A stretch of DNA of 64,000 nucleotides from an uncultured delta proteobacterium (GCA_963713045.1 CAVQKE010000003.1:288001-352000), one strand, 5' to 3'; positions 37,038-47,446 are shown, counted from the stretch's first letter. Notes: generated by a model not told the origin, from the letters alone. Numbers and translations: made by a program.

Positions 37038-39182
37038 ATGTCGATGAGGCTTCAAGGCGTGGGCCCCTTACACGGCGTCGGGGAAGGGGGGACGTCGGAT
37101 GCCGGCCGATTGGTGAACGCCTTTCTGTGGATCGTCCTGTTTGGGTTCGCCCTCTACGTGGGCATTGAAAGCTGGGTCGACCCCCATGCCATCCGTCGCT
37201 ACCTTCTCCAAGCGGCGGTTGCCTTTGGTCTTATCGGCGCATTGATGCTTGCTGTGCGGCTGGGGTGGGTACGCCTGGCGGCGGTGGCCTGCATCGTCTC
37301 GGCCTGGGCTCTCTACTCCGCATCGGCTTACACCGGCGGAGGCATCCGAGGGTCGGCCTCCCTCGGCTATCTGGTCACAGTTGTCACCGCGGGTCTCCTC
37401 ATCAACGGGTTCGCCGCCGGTGTCACCGCGCTGGTGTGTGTCTTGACCGGGCTGGGGCTTGTTCTGGTGGAGGCCCAGGGAAAGCTTCCGCCGTCGGTGG
37501 CCAGCAACACCCCGCTGGATTACTGGGCCAACCTTTCACTTTTCTGCGCGGTGACGGTGGGGCTGCAGGCCCTGGCTGGCCGCATCCTCCGTGCGTCCGA
37601 AGAGAAGTACCGCCTGCTGGTGGAGCGGGCGCGCGACGCCATCTTTACCCTGACGCCCGACGGCGCTTTCTCCTCCGTCAATCCGGCCTTTGAAGCCATG
37701 ACCGGCTGGCACACGGCAGATTCGATTGGCAAGCCATTTGCCGACGTCATCGCCACCGCCGAGGGGCAACGCACCTGGGCCGCCTTTCTCGCCGCTCCGG
37801 ATTCGGAGCAGAGACATTCGCTCGATTTCCTGATCCGCAAGCGCGACGGCGGAACGGTGGCACTCGACGTCAACCTCGCCGTCTCTCGAGACCCCACCGT
37901 GGCAACGCTGGGCATCGCCCGCGACGTCACGGAGCGCAAGGAGGAGGAGCAAAAACGCGCGCGGCTCGAGTCTCAATTGAGGCAGTCACAGAAGATGGAG
38001 GCGGTGGGGACCCTGGCGGGGGGAATCGCGCATGACTTCAACAATGTCCTTACCGCCATCATCGGCCACGCCCAGCTGCTGCAGGACGATGCTCCCGCCG
38101 GGAGCAAAATGCAGGAGAGCTCGGGCGAAATTCTCAAAGCTGGAGCGCGGGCGCGAGATGTCGTCCGCCAGTTGCTGACGTTCGCCAGAAGTAACGTCCA
38201 CGAACGCCGCGTCACCAGGCTCCAGGCGGTGGTACGCGAGGCGCTTCAGCTGATGCGGGCCTCAGTCCCGGCCTCCGTTGAAATGGAGATGAAAATCGAT
38301 GCGGCCGCCCCAGCGGTTCTGGCAGACCCGTCCCAGCTGCATCAAGTCATCGTCAATCTGGTCGCCAATTCCGCCGGAGCGATGCGTGACCGGGGAGGGC
38401 GCCTGACAGTCCTTCTGGAGACGCTCAGTGTCGGCGGCGAAAGCCCGACAGCACCGTCTCTGCCATCGGGGCGCTACGTCCGATTGGCCATTTCAGACAC
38501 AGGTCACGGCATGGAAGCACCGGTCTTGGAGCGCATCTTCGAGCCCTTCTTCACGACCAAGCCCGAGGGCGAAGGGACTGGACTCGGTTTGGCAGTGGTT
38601 CACAGCATCATTCGAGACCATGAGGGCACGATCAACGTGCAGAGTCAGCCCGGGGCCGGTACGACGGTCGAGGTCTTTCTTCGGGCGCTGGAGGGCCAGC
38701 CGCTTTCGGCTTCGCCCCGCACTCCCGAAGCCATCGAGCGGGGACGCGGGGAACGGCTGCTCATCATCGACGACGAGCCGGCCATCGCGCGTGTCCTGGC
38801 GGAGCAACTCGAGCGGCTCGGCTACAACGTCACAACCTCGACCGACCCAGAAGAGGCACTCGAGGTGCTGACCGAGGACCCGACGGACTTTGACTTGGCC
38901 ATCACCGACTTGCAGATGCCGCGGATGGACGGCGTGCAGCTCGCAGCCCGCCTTGCGGCGGTCAGCCCCGACCTTCCAGTGGTGCTGATTACCGGAAACC
39001 GCCTCAGCGTCCCTTCCACCGTGATGCGCGCAGCCGGTGTCCGCGAGGTGGTCGACAAACCCTTTCAAATTCGGGAGCTCTGTCGGGCTCTCCGAGCGGC
39101 TCTCGATGGCACAGCGCGAGACTCGAGCGCTCCGGAGTCGACGTCCGAGCGTTCACCTCACCCGGTGAGCAAAGCTCGCTGA
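37038..39182 (+). CDS. Membrane-bound PAS hybrid sensor histidine kinase / receiver
   Basis: About 5 TM helices, PAS, AGGIAHDFNN H-box, N/G1/F/G2 boxes, C-terminal IDDE...TDLQMP...K receiver. Start uncertain. Confidence 0.92.
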   Translation: MSMRLQGVGPLHGVGEGGTSDAGRLVNAFLWIVLFGFALYVGIESWVDPHAIRRYLLQAAVAFGLIGALMLAVRLGWVRLAAVACIVSAWALYSASAYTGGGIRGSASLGYLVTVVTAGLLINGFAAGVTALVCVLTGLGLVLVEAQGKLPPSVASNTPLDYWANLSLFCAVTVGLQALAGRILRASEEKYRLLVERARDAIFTLTPDGAFSSVNPAFEAMTGWHTADSIGKPFADVIATAEGQRTWAAFLAAPDSEQRHSLDFLIRKRDGGTVALDVNLAVSRDPTVATLGIARDVTERKEEEQKRARLESQLRQSQKMEAVGTLAGGIAHDFNNVLTAIIGHAQLLQDDAPAGSKMQESSGEILKAGARARDVVRQLLTFARSNVHERRVTRLQAVVREALQLMRASVPASVEMEMKIDAAAPAVLADPSQLHQVIVNLVANSAGAMRDRGGRLTVLLETLSVGGESPTAPSLPSGRYVRLAISDTGHGMEAPVLERIFEPFFTTKPEGEGTGLGLAVVHSIIRDHEGTINVQSQPGAGTTVEVFLRALEGQPLSASPRTPEAIERGRGERLLIIDDEPAIARVLAEQLERLGYNVTTSTDPEEALEVLTEDPTDFDLAITDLQMPRMDGVQLAARLAAVSPDLPVVLITGNRLSVPSTVMRAAGVREVVDKPFQIRELCRALRAALDGTARDSSAPESTSERSPHPVSKAR

Positions 39183-39212
39183 GGCTTCGTCCAGCCTGTT
39201 GCACCCGCGGTC

Positions 39213-39232
39213 CTGACACCCCCAGGTGTCAG
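39213..39232. promoter_or_regulatory. Palindrome CTGACACC-N4-GGTGTCAG, candidate activator (UAS) site
   Basis: Perfect 8-bp inverted repeat centred about 108 bp upstream of the predicted sigma54 start site. It could instead be a terminator of the upstream kinase. Confidence 0.4.
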
Positions 39233-39303
39233 TGCCACCCCTGGGTTCCGGGCTGGACCCAGGCCCCGGACGCATAACCCCGCGTCCTGTCTCGCGTTTG
39301 GGC

Positions 39304-39318
39304 TGGCCCGGTGTTTGC
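39304..39318 (+). promoter_or_regulatory. Sigma54 (-24/-12) promoter
   Basis: TGGCCCGGTGTTTGC fits TGGCACG-N4-TTGC with exact GG/GC spacing. Confidence 0.65.
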
Positions 39319-39331
39319 GCTACCCCCCCAC

Positions 39332-39871
39332 ATGCAGAGCAACCCTCAAACGGTGCTCGTCGTCGACGACGAGGCGAATCTCGTCAGCGCACTTCAACGC
39401 ACCTTGCGGCGTGAGAATTACACGGTGCTCACTGCCAGCGAGCCAGCCGAGGCCCTGGCCATCCTCAAGCAGCGCGCGGTGGACGTGGTGGTGTCGGACC
39501 ACTTGATGCCGAACATGAGCGGTCTCGACTTCCTCAAGGAAGTCCGCGCTCTCCATCCGGACGTGGTGCGCATCATGCTGACCGGCCACGCCGAGGTGTC
39601 CACCGCAGTGGAGGCCATCAACGAAGGAGAGATTTTTCGTTTCCTCACCAAGCCCTGGGACGACGCTGAGCTCAAGGTGGCTCTGCACCTCGCCTTCGAC
39701 AAGCTGGCCGCCGAACGCGCCCAAGCAGGGCAACTCGCAGCGGCACACCACCAGCGGGTGCTGTTGGCCCACCTGGAGCGCCAGCACCCCGGTCTTCGCC
39801 ACCTTTTGCGCGACGAGAATGGCGCGCTGATTGTCGACAAAGACGACGAGGCCAGCCTGGCCATCGGTTAG
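39332..39871 (+). CDS. Response regulator (receiver plus short C-terminal extension)
   Basis: VVDDE, VSDHLMP, LTG, FLTKPW. Confidence 0.9.
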   Translation: MQSNPQTVLVVDDEANLVSALQRTLRRENYTVLTASEPAEALAILKQRAVDVVVSDHLMPNMSGLDFLKEVRALHPDVVRIMLTGHAEVSTAVEAINEGEIFRFLTKPWDDAELKVALHLAFDKLAAERAQAGQLAAAHHQRVLLAHLERQHPGLRHLLRDENGALIVDKDDEASLAIG

Positions 39872-39893
39872 CCGGCCCCCAAGGCCAACCCCC

Positions 39894-41959
39894 ATGGCCA
39901 CCGCCCTTCCTGCCCTGGTCGTGTCCACGGTGTCGCCGGACAGTGAGCTGCTCGACGCTTTGAGCAGGGCTGGGCTGGAGGTCCGGCATGTCACCCCCAG
40001 TGAGGCGCTGCGCCAAGTCGGCGGGGGCGCAGCGGACAGCGTCATTTGCGAGCCAGTCCCCAACTGGCGCCTCCTCGTCTCTCGGCTGAGTGCAGCTGGT
40101 GCCGCCACCGTCCTCTACCTCGGGGAGTTGCCGCCACCCGCGGCACTTCCGGCCGGCGTCTCCGCGGTCCACTCTCTGGCCGAGCTGGTGCCCAGCCTGG
40201 TGAAAGCGCAAGCGGGACGCCGGGCTGCTCGGGCGACGGCACGCGGCCCAACCCTGGAAGAGCGTGTCGAAGAAGCGGAACGCTTCGCGGACGCCGTCCA
40301 AAGCCTGCATACGCTCTCCGACCTCTCGGAAATCCTCCGCGATGCCGTCGTCCGCGCGCGGACGCTGGCGCAGGCGGACCGCGCCACGGTGTGGCTTACC
40401 GACAGTATCGGCGCACTCGGGCTGGCCGCGGTGGACCCGCCCGAGCCCGAGGTGGCGGACCTCCACGCCGTGGGTTTGGCGGAACTTGCTGCTCGGGACT
40501 TGGTGCCGCTGGTGCACGCCGAAGGGGAGGCTGCGGCGGACGTGGTGCTGGCGGTGGAGCGCCGGACCGGCGAGCGCCCAGGGGCGCTGCTCGCCCTGCC
40601 GCTCGTCCGAGGCGCCTCCTGCCTCGGGGCCTTGGAGTTGGTGCGCCGGCCCGGGCTCCCCGGCTTTGCCGACGCTACGCTTCACCGGATGGAGGCGTGG
40701 GCCGCGCAGGTGGCGGTCGCAGTGGCCAACGCCCAGCTCACCGTACGGCTGCGCGAGGCACGCGCCGAAGTGCTGGCCAACAATGCTGCGCTCGAGCGCA
40801 AGGTGGAGGAGCGGACGCAGCTTGTCACCAGGGCGAAGCGCGAATGGGAGCGCACCTTCGACGCCATCACCGAGCCGATTGTGCTGCAGGAGGGCTTCGT
40901 GGTCCGGCGCGCCAACTTGGCATACGCGCGTGCCGTCGGCCGAGACGTCCGGGACGTGGTGGGCGAGACGTGCCATGCCCTCTTGGCGGGCAGCGACCGC
41001 CCCTGCGGCGGATGTCCCCTGGGCCGTCCCGGTGAGGAGCGCAGCGAAGTGGTGTTGCCCGACGGGCGCCGGTTTGGCGCGACGGCCTTCCAGCTGTACG
41101 AGGAAAGCGAAGCCGAGCGAGTGGTGCTCCACTACCAAGACGTCACTGCACGGCGTGCGCTGGAAGACAGGCTGCGCGCGAGCGAGCGGCTGGCCTCGCT
41201 CGGTCAGCTGGCGAGTGGCGCCTCGCAGGAAATCAACAATCCTCTGGGGTACGTCATCGCCAACCTGCAGTCGCTGCAGTCCACGCTGCGCGAAGTCGAG
41301 GCGAGCGCCGAAGCCGTGGGGCAGGGAAATGCGTTGGCCGAGTCGGTCCGCCCACTGTCCGGCGTCCAAGTCCGTGAGCAGGTTGCCGAGGGCTTGGAAA
41401 CCGTCGGCGAAGCGCTGCAGGGGCGCAGCGGATTTCCGGCATCGTCAAAGGGTTGCGCGAGCTGGCCCGGCAGGACCTCGGGCGCACGGAGCTTCTGGAC
41501 GTGAATGCCTGCGTCTCACGTGCCGTCCGAAGCGAGCTGCAACACATGGTGCCGGGGACGGTGCAAACTTCCCTGGCTGCCCGCCAGCGCGCCGCCGGCG
41601 CGCCCTTGCAGCTCGACCAGGCGGTGGCGGCGCTGTTGCGCAACGCGAGGCAGGCCTGCCCGGCCGGCCCTCTCAAGGTGCGCACTTGGGACGAGGGGGC
41701 GGAGGTGGTGGTGGAAGTCCAAGACGCAGGCGGCGGCATCCCCCCGGCCATCTTGCCCCGCATTTTCGAACCCTTCTTCACCACCCGCGGCCGAGAAGCG
41801 GCCGTCGGGCTGGGGTTGACGTTGGCCTACGGCGCCGTCCAGCGCCACGGCGGACGCATTGACGTGGCCAGCAACGTTGGCCGAGGCACCACCGTCACGG
41901 TGAGGCTGCCGGCAGCCAGCCCGTCGGCGGCGGCGTTACAGACGCGCGCCAGCGGCTGA
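39894..41959 (+). CDS. GAF-PAS histidine kinase-like protein, H-box His->Gln; frameshift at ~41420 (probable sequencing error)
   Basis: GAF, PAS with CH...PC..CP, LASGASQEINNPL. Adding one G to the G run at 41420-41423 restores EALQGAQRISGIVKGLRELAR and joins the HATPase ORF 41453-41959. Confidence 0.8.
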
Positions 41960-41978
41960 CCGGCGAGCGCCCTGGCAG

Positions 41979-43280
41979 CTAAAGCAGAAGCCGCACGGGG
42001 TGCTCCAGCAGCGCCTTCACTTCCTGCAGGTACTGGGCGCCGAGGGCGCCGTCCACCACCCGGTGGTCTCCGGAGAAGACAATCCTCATCGTCTTGCGCA
42101 CCACCGGCTGGCCGTCGCGCGCCACCACCCGGTCCGCCACGGCGCCTACCGCGAGAATGGAGGCCTGAGGCGGGTTGATGACGGCGATGAATGAGTCCAC
42201 GCCGTACATGCCGAGGTTGGAAACGGTCACCGAGCCCCCGGTGTACTGCTCCGGCTTGAGGGCCCGACGCCGGGCGCGCTCGGCCAACTCCTTGGCCTCG
42301 AAGGCGATGGTGCTGAGCGACTTGGAGTCCGCGTCCCGGATGATGGGCGTGATGAGGCCATCCTCGATAGCCACCGCGATGCCGACATCGCCGGTGTGAA
42401 ACTGAAGCACGCGGTCCCCCTGCAGCCAGACGTTGACTTTGGGAACCTTGTGCAGCGCGATGGCGGCGGCCTTGACGATGAAGTCATTGACCGACACCTT
42501 CACCTCGGCGGCCTTCGCCTCCTCTCGCAGAGAGAGAGTCGCCTCCATGTCCACTTCGATGGCGAGGTAGAAGTGCGGCACGCCGGGTTTCACCTCAGCC
42601 ATGCGCTGGGCGATGATTTTGCGCATGCTGCTGATTGGCAGAACGTCCGGCTCCGGGCGGACGCCAGGGACGGCAACTGCACGGCGAGGCGTCGCGGGTT
42701 CACTCATCGCGGCTTGGATGTCGGCCTTCACAATGCGGCCCTGCGGCCCCGAGCCCTGGACCGCCCCCAAGTCCACGCCTGCCTCCTGCGCCATGCGCTT
42801 GGCCAACGGCGAGGCCCGAAGCCGCGCCGCCTCCTCGCCGCGCCGCAGTTGCACCACCTGCGCCGGTGTCCCGCCGCGGGGGGGCGCAGGTGCAGTTGGC
42901 TTGGCGGGGCTGATGGGCGGTGCGGCAACTGGCGCACGGGATGGGGTGGCCGGCGCAGGGACAGGGGCAGCCTTGGGTGTTTCGACTGTCGCGGGCGCGG
43001 CGGCTGGCTTCGGCGCGGCGGCTGCCAGCTCCACCTTTTCGCCTTTCTGTCCGAGGAAGCCGATGGGCGCGCCCACCTGGGCCACTTCGCCCTCCGGCAC
43101 TAGGATTTTGAGGAGTACTCCGTCGTCAAAGGCCTCCACCTCGAGGTTGGACTTGTCCGTTTCCACCTCGGCGATGGCGTCGCCGGTGGAAATCGCGTCG
43201 CCCTCCTTCTTGAGCCACTTGAGAATCTTCCCCTCCTTCATGGTGGGGGAGAGCGCCGGCAGCTGGATTTCGGTGGCCAT
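41979..43280 (-). CDS. pdhC: Pyruvate dehydrogenase E2, dihydrolipoamide acetyltransferase
   Basis: Lipoyl ETDKS, E3-binding ASPLAKR, catalytic DHRVVDG. Confidence 0.95.
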   Translation of the reverse strand: MATEIQLPALSPTMKEGKILKWLKKEGDAISTGDAIAEVETDKSNLEVEAFDDGVLLKILVPEGEVAQVGAPIGFLGQKGEKVELAAAAPKPAAAPATVETPKAAPVPAPATPSRAPVAAPPISPAKPTAPAPPRGGTPAQVVQLRRGEEAARLRASPLAKRMAQEAGVDLGAVQGSGPQGRIVKADIQAAMSEPATPRRAVAVPGVRPEPDVLPISSMRKIIAQRMAEVKPGVPHFYLAIEVDMEATLSLREEAKAAEVKVSVNDFIVKAAAIALHKVPKVNVWLQGDRVLQFHTGDVGIAVAIEDGLITPIIRDADSKSLSTIAFEAKELAERARRRALKPEQYTGGSVTVSNLGMYGVDSFIAVINPPQASILAVGAVADRVVARDGQPVVRKTMRIVFSGDHRVVDGALGAQYLQEVKALLEHPVRLLL

Positions 43281-43290
43281 GGCGTGTGTT

Positions 43291-44277
43291 TCATCCTTCC
43301 TCTCGGTACAGCACTTTCTTCACGGCGGAGATGATGCGCGCCGGGTTCACCTCGGCGGCCCGCTCAAGCGCCGCGGCGTAGCTTCGGTTGACGTCCAGCC
43401 CCGTCACCCGCTCCACCGGAGCATCCAGGCTGTCAAAGGCCTTCGACTGGATGAGGTCCACCAGCTGGGCCCCCAACCCGCAGAAGCTCCAGCCTTCTTC
43501 CACGACGACGGCTCGGTTGGTTTTACGCACCGAGGTGAGGATGGCGGCTTCGTCCAACGGCTTGAGGGTGCGCAAGTCGAGCAAGTCGACGTGGATGCCT
43601 TCCGCTTCCAGCTGCTTGGCAGCCTCTTCGGCGTGGTAGTACATCCTCGCCCAGGTGATGAGGGTGCAGTCGGCGCCTTCGCGCTTGAGGGCCGCCTCTC
43701 CGAGGGGCAACACCAACTCGCCCGTCGGCACCTCGCCCTTGACGCCGTAGAGGAGCTCCGCCTCCAGAAAGATGACCGGGTTGTCGTCCCGAATCGACGC
43801 TTTCAGCAGTCCCTTGGCGTCGGCGGGAGTGGAGGGGGCGACCACTTTGAGGCCCGGGAAATAAGCGTAGTTGACCTCCAGAGACTGACTGTGTTGAGCG
43901 GCCAGGCGGCCGCCAGCGCCGTTGGGCCCGCGAAAGACAATCGGGCAGCGCAGCTGGCCCCCCGACATTTGGCGCACCTTCGCCGCGTTGTTGACAATCT
44001 GGTCCATCGCGAGAATGGCGAAATTCCAAGTCATCATCTCGATGACTGGCCTCAACCCCACCAGGGCCGCGCCCACCCCGAGGCCGGCGAAGCCCAACTC
44101 GCTGATGGGCGTGTCCACCACCCGGGCGCTGCCGAACTTCGCCAACAGCCCCTGGGACACTTTGTAGGCGCCGTCGTAGCGGGCCACTTCCTCGCCCATC
44201 AGGAAGACGTTGGCGTCGCGCTCCATCTCCTCGGACAGCGCTTGGTTGAGCGCCTCACGCCACGCAATTTCCGCCAT
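43291..44277 (-). CDS. pdhB: Pyruvate dehydrogenase E1 beta subunit
   Basis: GEEV..YDGAYKVS, DTPISE.GF, AAQHSQ. Confidence 0.95.
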   Translation of the reverse strand: MAEIAWREALNQALSEEMERDANVFLMGEEVARYDGAYKVSQGLLAKFGSARVVDTPISELGFAGLGVGAALVGLRPVIEMMTWNFAILAMDQIVNNAAKVRQMSGGQLRCPIVFRGPNGAGGRLAAQHSQSLEVNYAYFPGLKVVAPSTPADAKGLLKASIRDDNPVIFLEAELLYGVKGEVPTGELVLPLGEAALKREGADCTLITWARMYYHAEEAAKQLEAEGIHVDLLDLRTLKPLDEAAILTSVRKTNRAVVVEEGWSFCGLGAQLVDLIQSKAFDSLDAPVERVTGLDVNRSYAAALERAAEVNPARIISAVKKVLYREEG

Positions 44278-44310
44278 CGAGGGGTCCAGCCGTCCTTTCT
44301 CTTCGTCTGA

Positions 44311-45435
44311 CTAGGCAGGCTTCTTGAGCTCGGGCTGCGGCTCTCCCACGGCGGGCGTTCGCGGTTCGAGGTCCCAGCTGACGTGGAGTTCCTTCCCCGA
44401 AGGGTAGCTCGGCCAGTCCACCTGGACACCGCGCACCCGCTGACGGGGAGGCACGTCGCGCTCGCCAGGCTCCACCAGGGTGTCGGTCCACACCTCTTCC
44501 ACCGCCGGCTCAGGTGAGGCATCGGCAAACTTCACCGCCTCGTCGACCACGCCTTTGACCTCTCCTTCAATTGCCTCGAAGTCGGCTTCTGCGGCCAGCT
44601 GCGCCGCCACCGCCCAGGCCCGCAGCCGGGGAATGGGGTCGGCCTTTCGCTCGGTCTCGACCTCCTCCTTGCTGCGGTAGGTGGCCGCGTCGGACATGGA
44701 ATGTCCGCGGTAGCGGTAGGTATCTGCCTCCAGCAGGACCGGCCCCTTGCCGGAACGGCACCAAGCGGCGCAGTCCTTGGCCATTTCATACACTTTGAGG
44801 ACGTCGTGGCCGTCGACCGACTCGCTTCGCATGTCGTAGGCCGCGGCACGCTTCGAGACTTTGGCCACCGCCGACACCCGCTCGATGGCGGTTCCCATTC
44901 CATAGCGGTTGTTCTCGCAGATGAAGAGTGCCGGCAGCTTCCACTTGGATGCCATGTTGAGCGTCTCGTGGAAGCTGCCCTGGTTGGCGGCGGCCTCGCC
45001 GAAGTAGCAGACGCTGATGCGGTCCTCATTGCGGTAGCGCACGGCGAACGCTGTGCCGGCGGCCAGCGGGATTTGGCCGCCGACGATGCCGTACCCACCG
45101 AGGACGTTATGCTCGACGTCATAGATGTGCATCGAGCCGCCCTTGCCCTTGCTGTAGCCCGTGGCGCGACCGAAGAGTTCAGCCATCACCATCCCCACGT
45201 CGGCGCCGCGCACCAGTGCGTAGCCATGGTCGCGGTAGGCGGTGACGAGGTAGTCGCGGGGCTGGATGGCCTCATTCACGCCCGCGGCGACCGCTTCCTG
45301 GCCGATGTAGAGGTGACAGAAGCCGTTGATTTTCCCCTGGCCGTAGGCCTGCGCCGCGCGCTCCTCAAAGCGGCGAATGAGGTACATGTTTCGGAAGAGA
45401 CGCAGCACCAAGTCCTTCGGGTACGCGGGGGCCAC
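44311..45435 (-). CDS. pdhA: Pyruvate dehydrogenase E1 alpha subunit
   Basis: GFCHLYIGQEA, YRDH, KGKGGSMH, TPP motif, YRYRGHSMSD. Confidence 0.95.
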   Translation of the reverse strand: MAPAYPKDLVLRLFRNMYLIRRFEERAAQAYGQGKINGFCHLYIGQEAVAAGVNEAIQPRDYLVTAYRDHGYALVRGADVGMVMAELFGRATGYSKGKGGSMHIYDVEHNVLGGYGIVGGQIPLAAGTAFAVRYRNEDRISVCYFGEAAANQGSFHETLNMASKWKLPALFICENNRYGMGTAIERVSAVAKVSKRAAAYDMRSESVDGHDVLKVYEMAKDCAAWCRSGKGPVLLEADTYRYRGHSMSDAATYRSKEEVETERKADPIPRLRAWAVAAQLAAEADFEAIEGEVKGVVDEAVKFADASPEPAVEEVWTDTLVEPGERDVPPRQRVRGVQVDWPSYPSGKELHVSWDLEPRTPAVGEPQPELKKPA

Positions 45436-45623
45436 GGGTCTCCTCCGGCAACGTCACGGCTCGACGAGGCCGAGCTTTAGCGGTGGGGTGGTGGGATTTC
45501 CAGGCGATTCCATGCCCTTGCCGCACCGCGGCGAAAGTTCCTGTCGGAAAGCCAAGCGGCCACCGAAGCCCGCGCGCCGACGCCCAGGAGGCAAGGGCGC
45601 GCACCGTCCGCCGTGCAGCGCCC

Positions 45624-46523
45624 TCATCTCGGATGCGAGGGCTCGTCGAGTTGGACGGGCAAGTCCGGCTGCGGCCCTTCCAGGGGAGGAGCCACCGGTC
45701 GCGGAGGGGGCGGAGGTGGCGGCACATCCGTTTCGCCTGGGTAGAAGAAAAGAATGCCTAGCTCCCGCTCTCCATCGCAGGGGTTACCGTCCATGTCGAG
45801 CGCCGGGCGGAACCGCTGGCGAAAGGCACACTCTTTGGCGGATTCATTGAAGGACGACGGCCCGGGGCGGAGGATGCTGACGTGGGTGGGCTTTCCCGCC
45901 GCGGAGACGTGCACCCGGATGCGCACCACCACGTCGTGCTTTGGTCCGCCGTGTGGAAAGCCGCAATCCCATCCGGTGTTGACCTCCTGGGGGTCCCGGG
46001 CCAGTGAATGCCGACGCAGGGCACCGGATTGGACGCCATCCGCCCACCCAGGCCCTTGGGCGTCGGCGCTGCCGCCGCCGCCGAACCACCGCCCGCTGGG
46101 CCTCGTCAAGCCTTCGTCCGCCGGGGCAGCAAACGTCAACTCCATGTCCGGCTGAATGTCGCGGGCAACCGCTTTGGGTAGCCTGACGCCCCGCCCGCCC
46201 TTCCGTGGGGCGTCGGTGGCTGACGGAGTGGGAGGTGGCCTGGGCGCCAAAGGCCGACGGAAGACGACGGTGACGGGTTCCATCGGCAACGACACCAGGC
46301 TGCGGCCCAGCCAAAGGGTGAGGCCAATCAGGACGACGTGCAGAAGAACGGAGAAAACGCTCGACCAGCCATAGCGGGGAGAGTCGGCCCGTCTGCCAAA
46401 CGTCCGCAGGACAATGGGAGGCGCCGGGGCGCCGACGCCGGCGGATGCGTCCATTTCGGCTGAGTCTTCACCACCGTGCGCAGGCGACAGTGCAGCGCCG
46501 GGGCGTGAAGTCTCTTCGTACAT
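45624..46523 (-). CDS. TonB-like energy transducer protein
   Basis: SVLLH TM motif, Pro-rich linker, C-terminal V.V...G...F.PA...G.P domain. Confidence 0.65.
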   Translation of the reverse strand: MYEETSRPGAALSPAHGGEDSAEMDASAGVGAPAPPIVLRTFGRRADSPRYGWSSVFSVLLHVVLIGLTLWLGRSLVSLPMEPVTVVFRRPLAPRPPPTPSATDAPRKGGRGVRLPKAVARDIQPDMELTFAAPADEGLTRPSGRWFGGGGSADAQGPGWADGVQSGALRRHSLARDPQEVNTGWDCGFPHGGPKHDVVVRIRVHVSAAGKPTHVSILRPGPSSFNESAKECAFRQRFRPALDMDGNPCDGERELGILFFYPGETDVPPPPPPPRPVAPPLEGPQPDLPVQLDEPSHPR

Positions 46524-46675
46524 GCCCGTTACCCCAGCGCGTCCCGTCCGCCGCTACGCGCCCCCCCGGAAAAGCCGCACGCTTTCGCCCTCGCTTCGCC
46601 CCATGCTAGTCGCCTTTTCGGGCGTCAGCCGGTCGCTGCCGGCGCGAAACCCCTCGTCTCGCCCCCCTAGGTGCT

Positions 46676-47446
46676 TCAGGCTTCCAGCTGGAAATTCGGG
46701 ATGGGGATGATGCCGTCGGCCAGGACGTCCACCCGCCCTGAATGTCCGGTTGTGAGCAGTAGCACATGCGCCCGTGGAAAAGCAGTCCGGTAGTCATTGG
46801 CGTGGCCCGGTTCATTGTCGAAGGCTGCCACCACCGTGCCCCGCTCAGCGAGACGGTGGTGGGTGTGGCGTTTGAATTGGTCGTCACTGGCTTCGGAGTC
46901 GAGCTTCATGAAGAGTTCCACGCCAGGCCCAGGCAGGGGGAAGCCATAGCGGCCGAGGACGTCCAAGGTGCCGGGACGCATCGTTTCGGGTCGCGCCGTG
47001 ACGTAGGCCAGCTGCGCTCCAGTGGCAGCGGCACGTCGGACGTAGTCCGGGGCACCCGGCACCGGCACGTCGGCGCGGCACGCTTCGCTGGTAAAAAAGT
47101 GCGCTCGCCAGAAGGGGCGAAAGCCGGTGAGAAATTCGTCGACCGACGCCGGCGTCAGTCCCTGCCTCTGCAGTGCGGCACGCATGTCAAACCCGGTGTG
47201 GAGGTGGCGGGCGTCAAAGTCGGCCAGCGCCAGGGCCACGCCTCGCTCGCGGACGTAGCGGTGCACCAGCGCCGCCTGACGGGGGCGGTTGTCGAGCAAG
47301 GTGGAGTCCAAGTCGAAGGCCACCACCGCTTCGGCCTTACGCTGCTGCGCGTCGGCGAGGACTTGGCCCAGCACCTGACGCCATTGGGGATGGACTTCGA
47401 AGGACGGCACGCGAGGCACCCACCCTACCAGGGCGACGACGCCCAC
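46676..47446 (-). CDS. HAD superfamily (acid phosphatase-like) hydrolase
   Basis: FDLDSTL, VTAR, K, FDNE motifs. Confidence 0.8.
   Translation of the reverse strand: MGVVALVGWVPRVPSFEVHPQWRQVLGQVLADAQQRKAEAVVAFDLDSTLLDNRPRQAALVHRYVRERGVALALADFDARHLHTGFDMRAALQRQGLTPASVDEFLTGFRPFWRAHFFTSEACRADVPVPGAPDYVRRAAATGAQLAYVTARPETMRPGTLDVLGRYGFPLPGPGVELFMKLDSEASDDQFKRHTHHRLAERGTVVAAFDNEPGHANDYRTAFPRAHVLLLTTGHSGRVDVLADGIIPIPNFQLEA

Noticed and set aside
39672..44310. Long antisense ORFs (39672-41369 minus, 42601-44310 plus)
   Set aside because: Shadows of the kinase and pdh genes, expected from high-GC codon bias.
41979..45435. pdhABC without an E3 (lpdA) gene
   Set aside because: E3 is commonly shared and encoded elsewhere.
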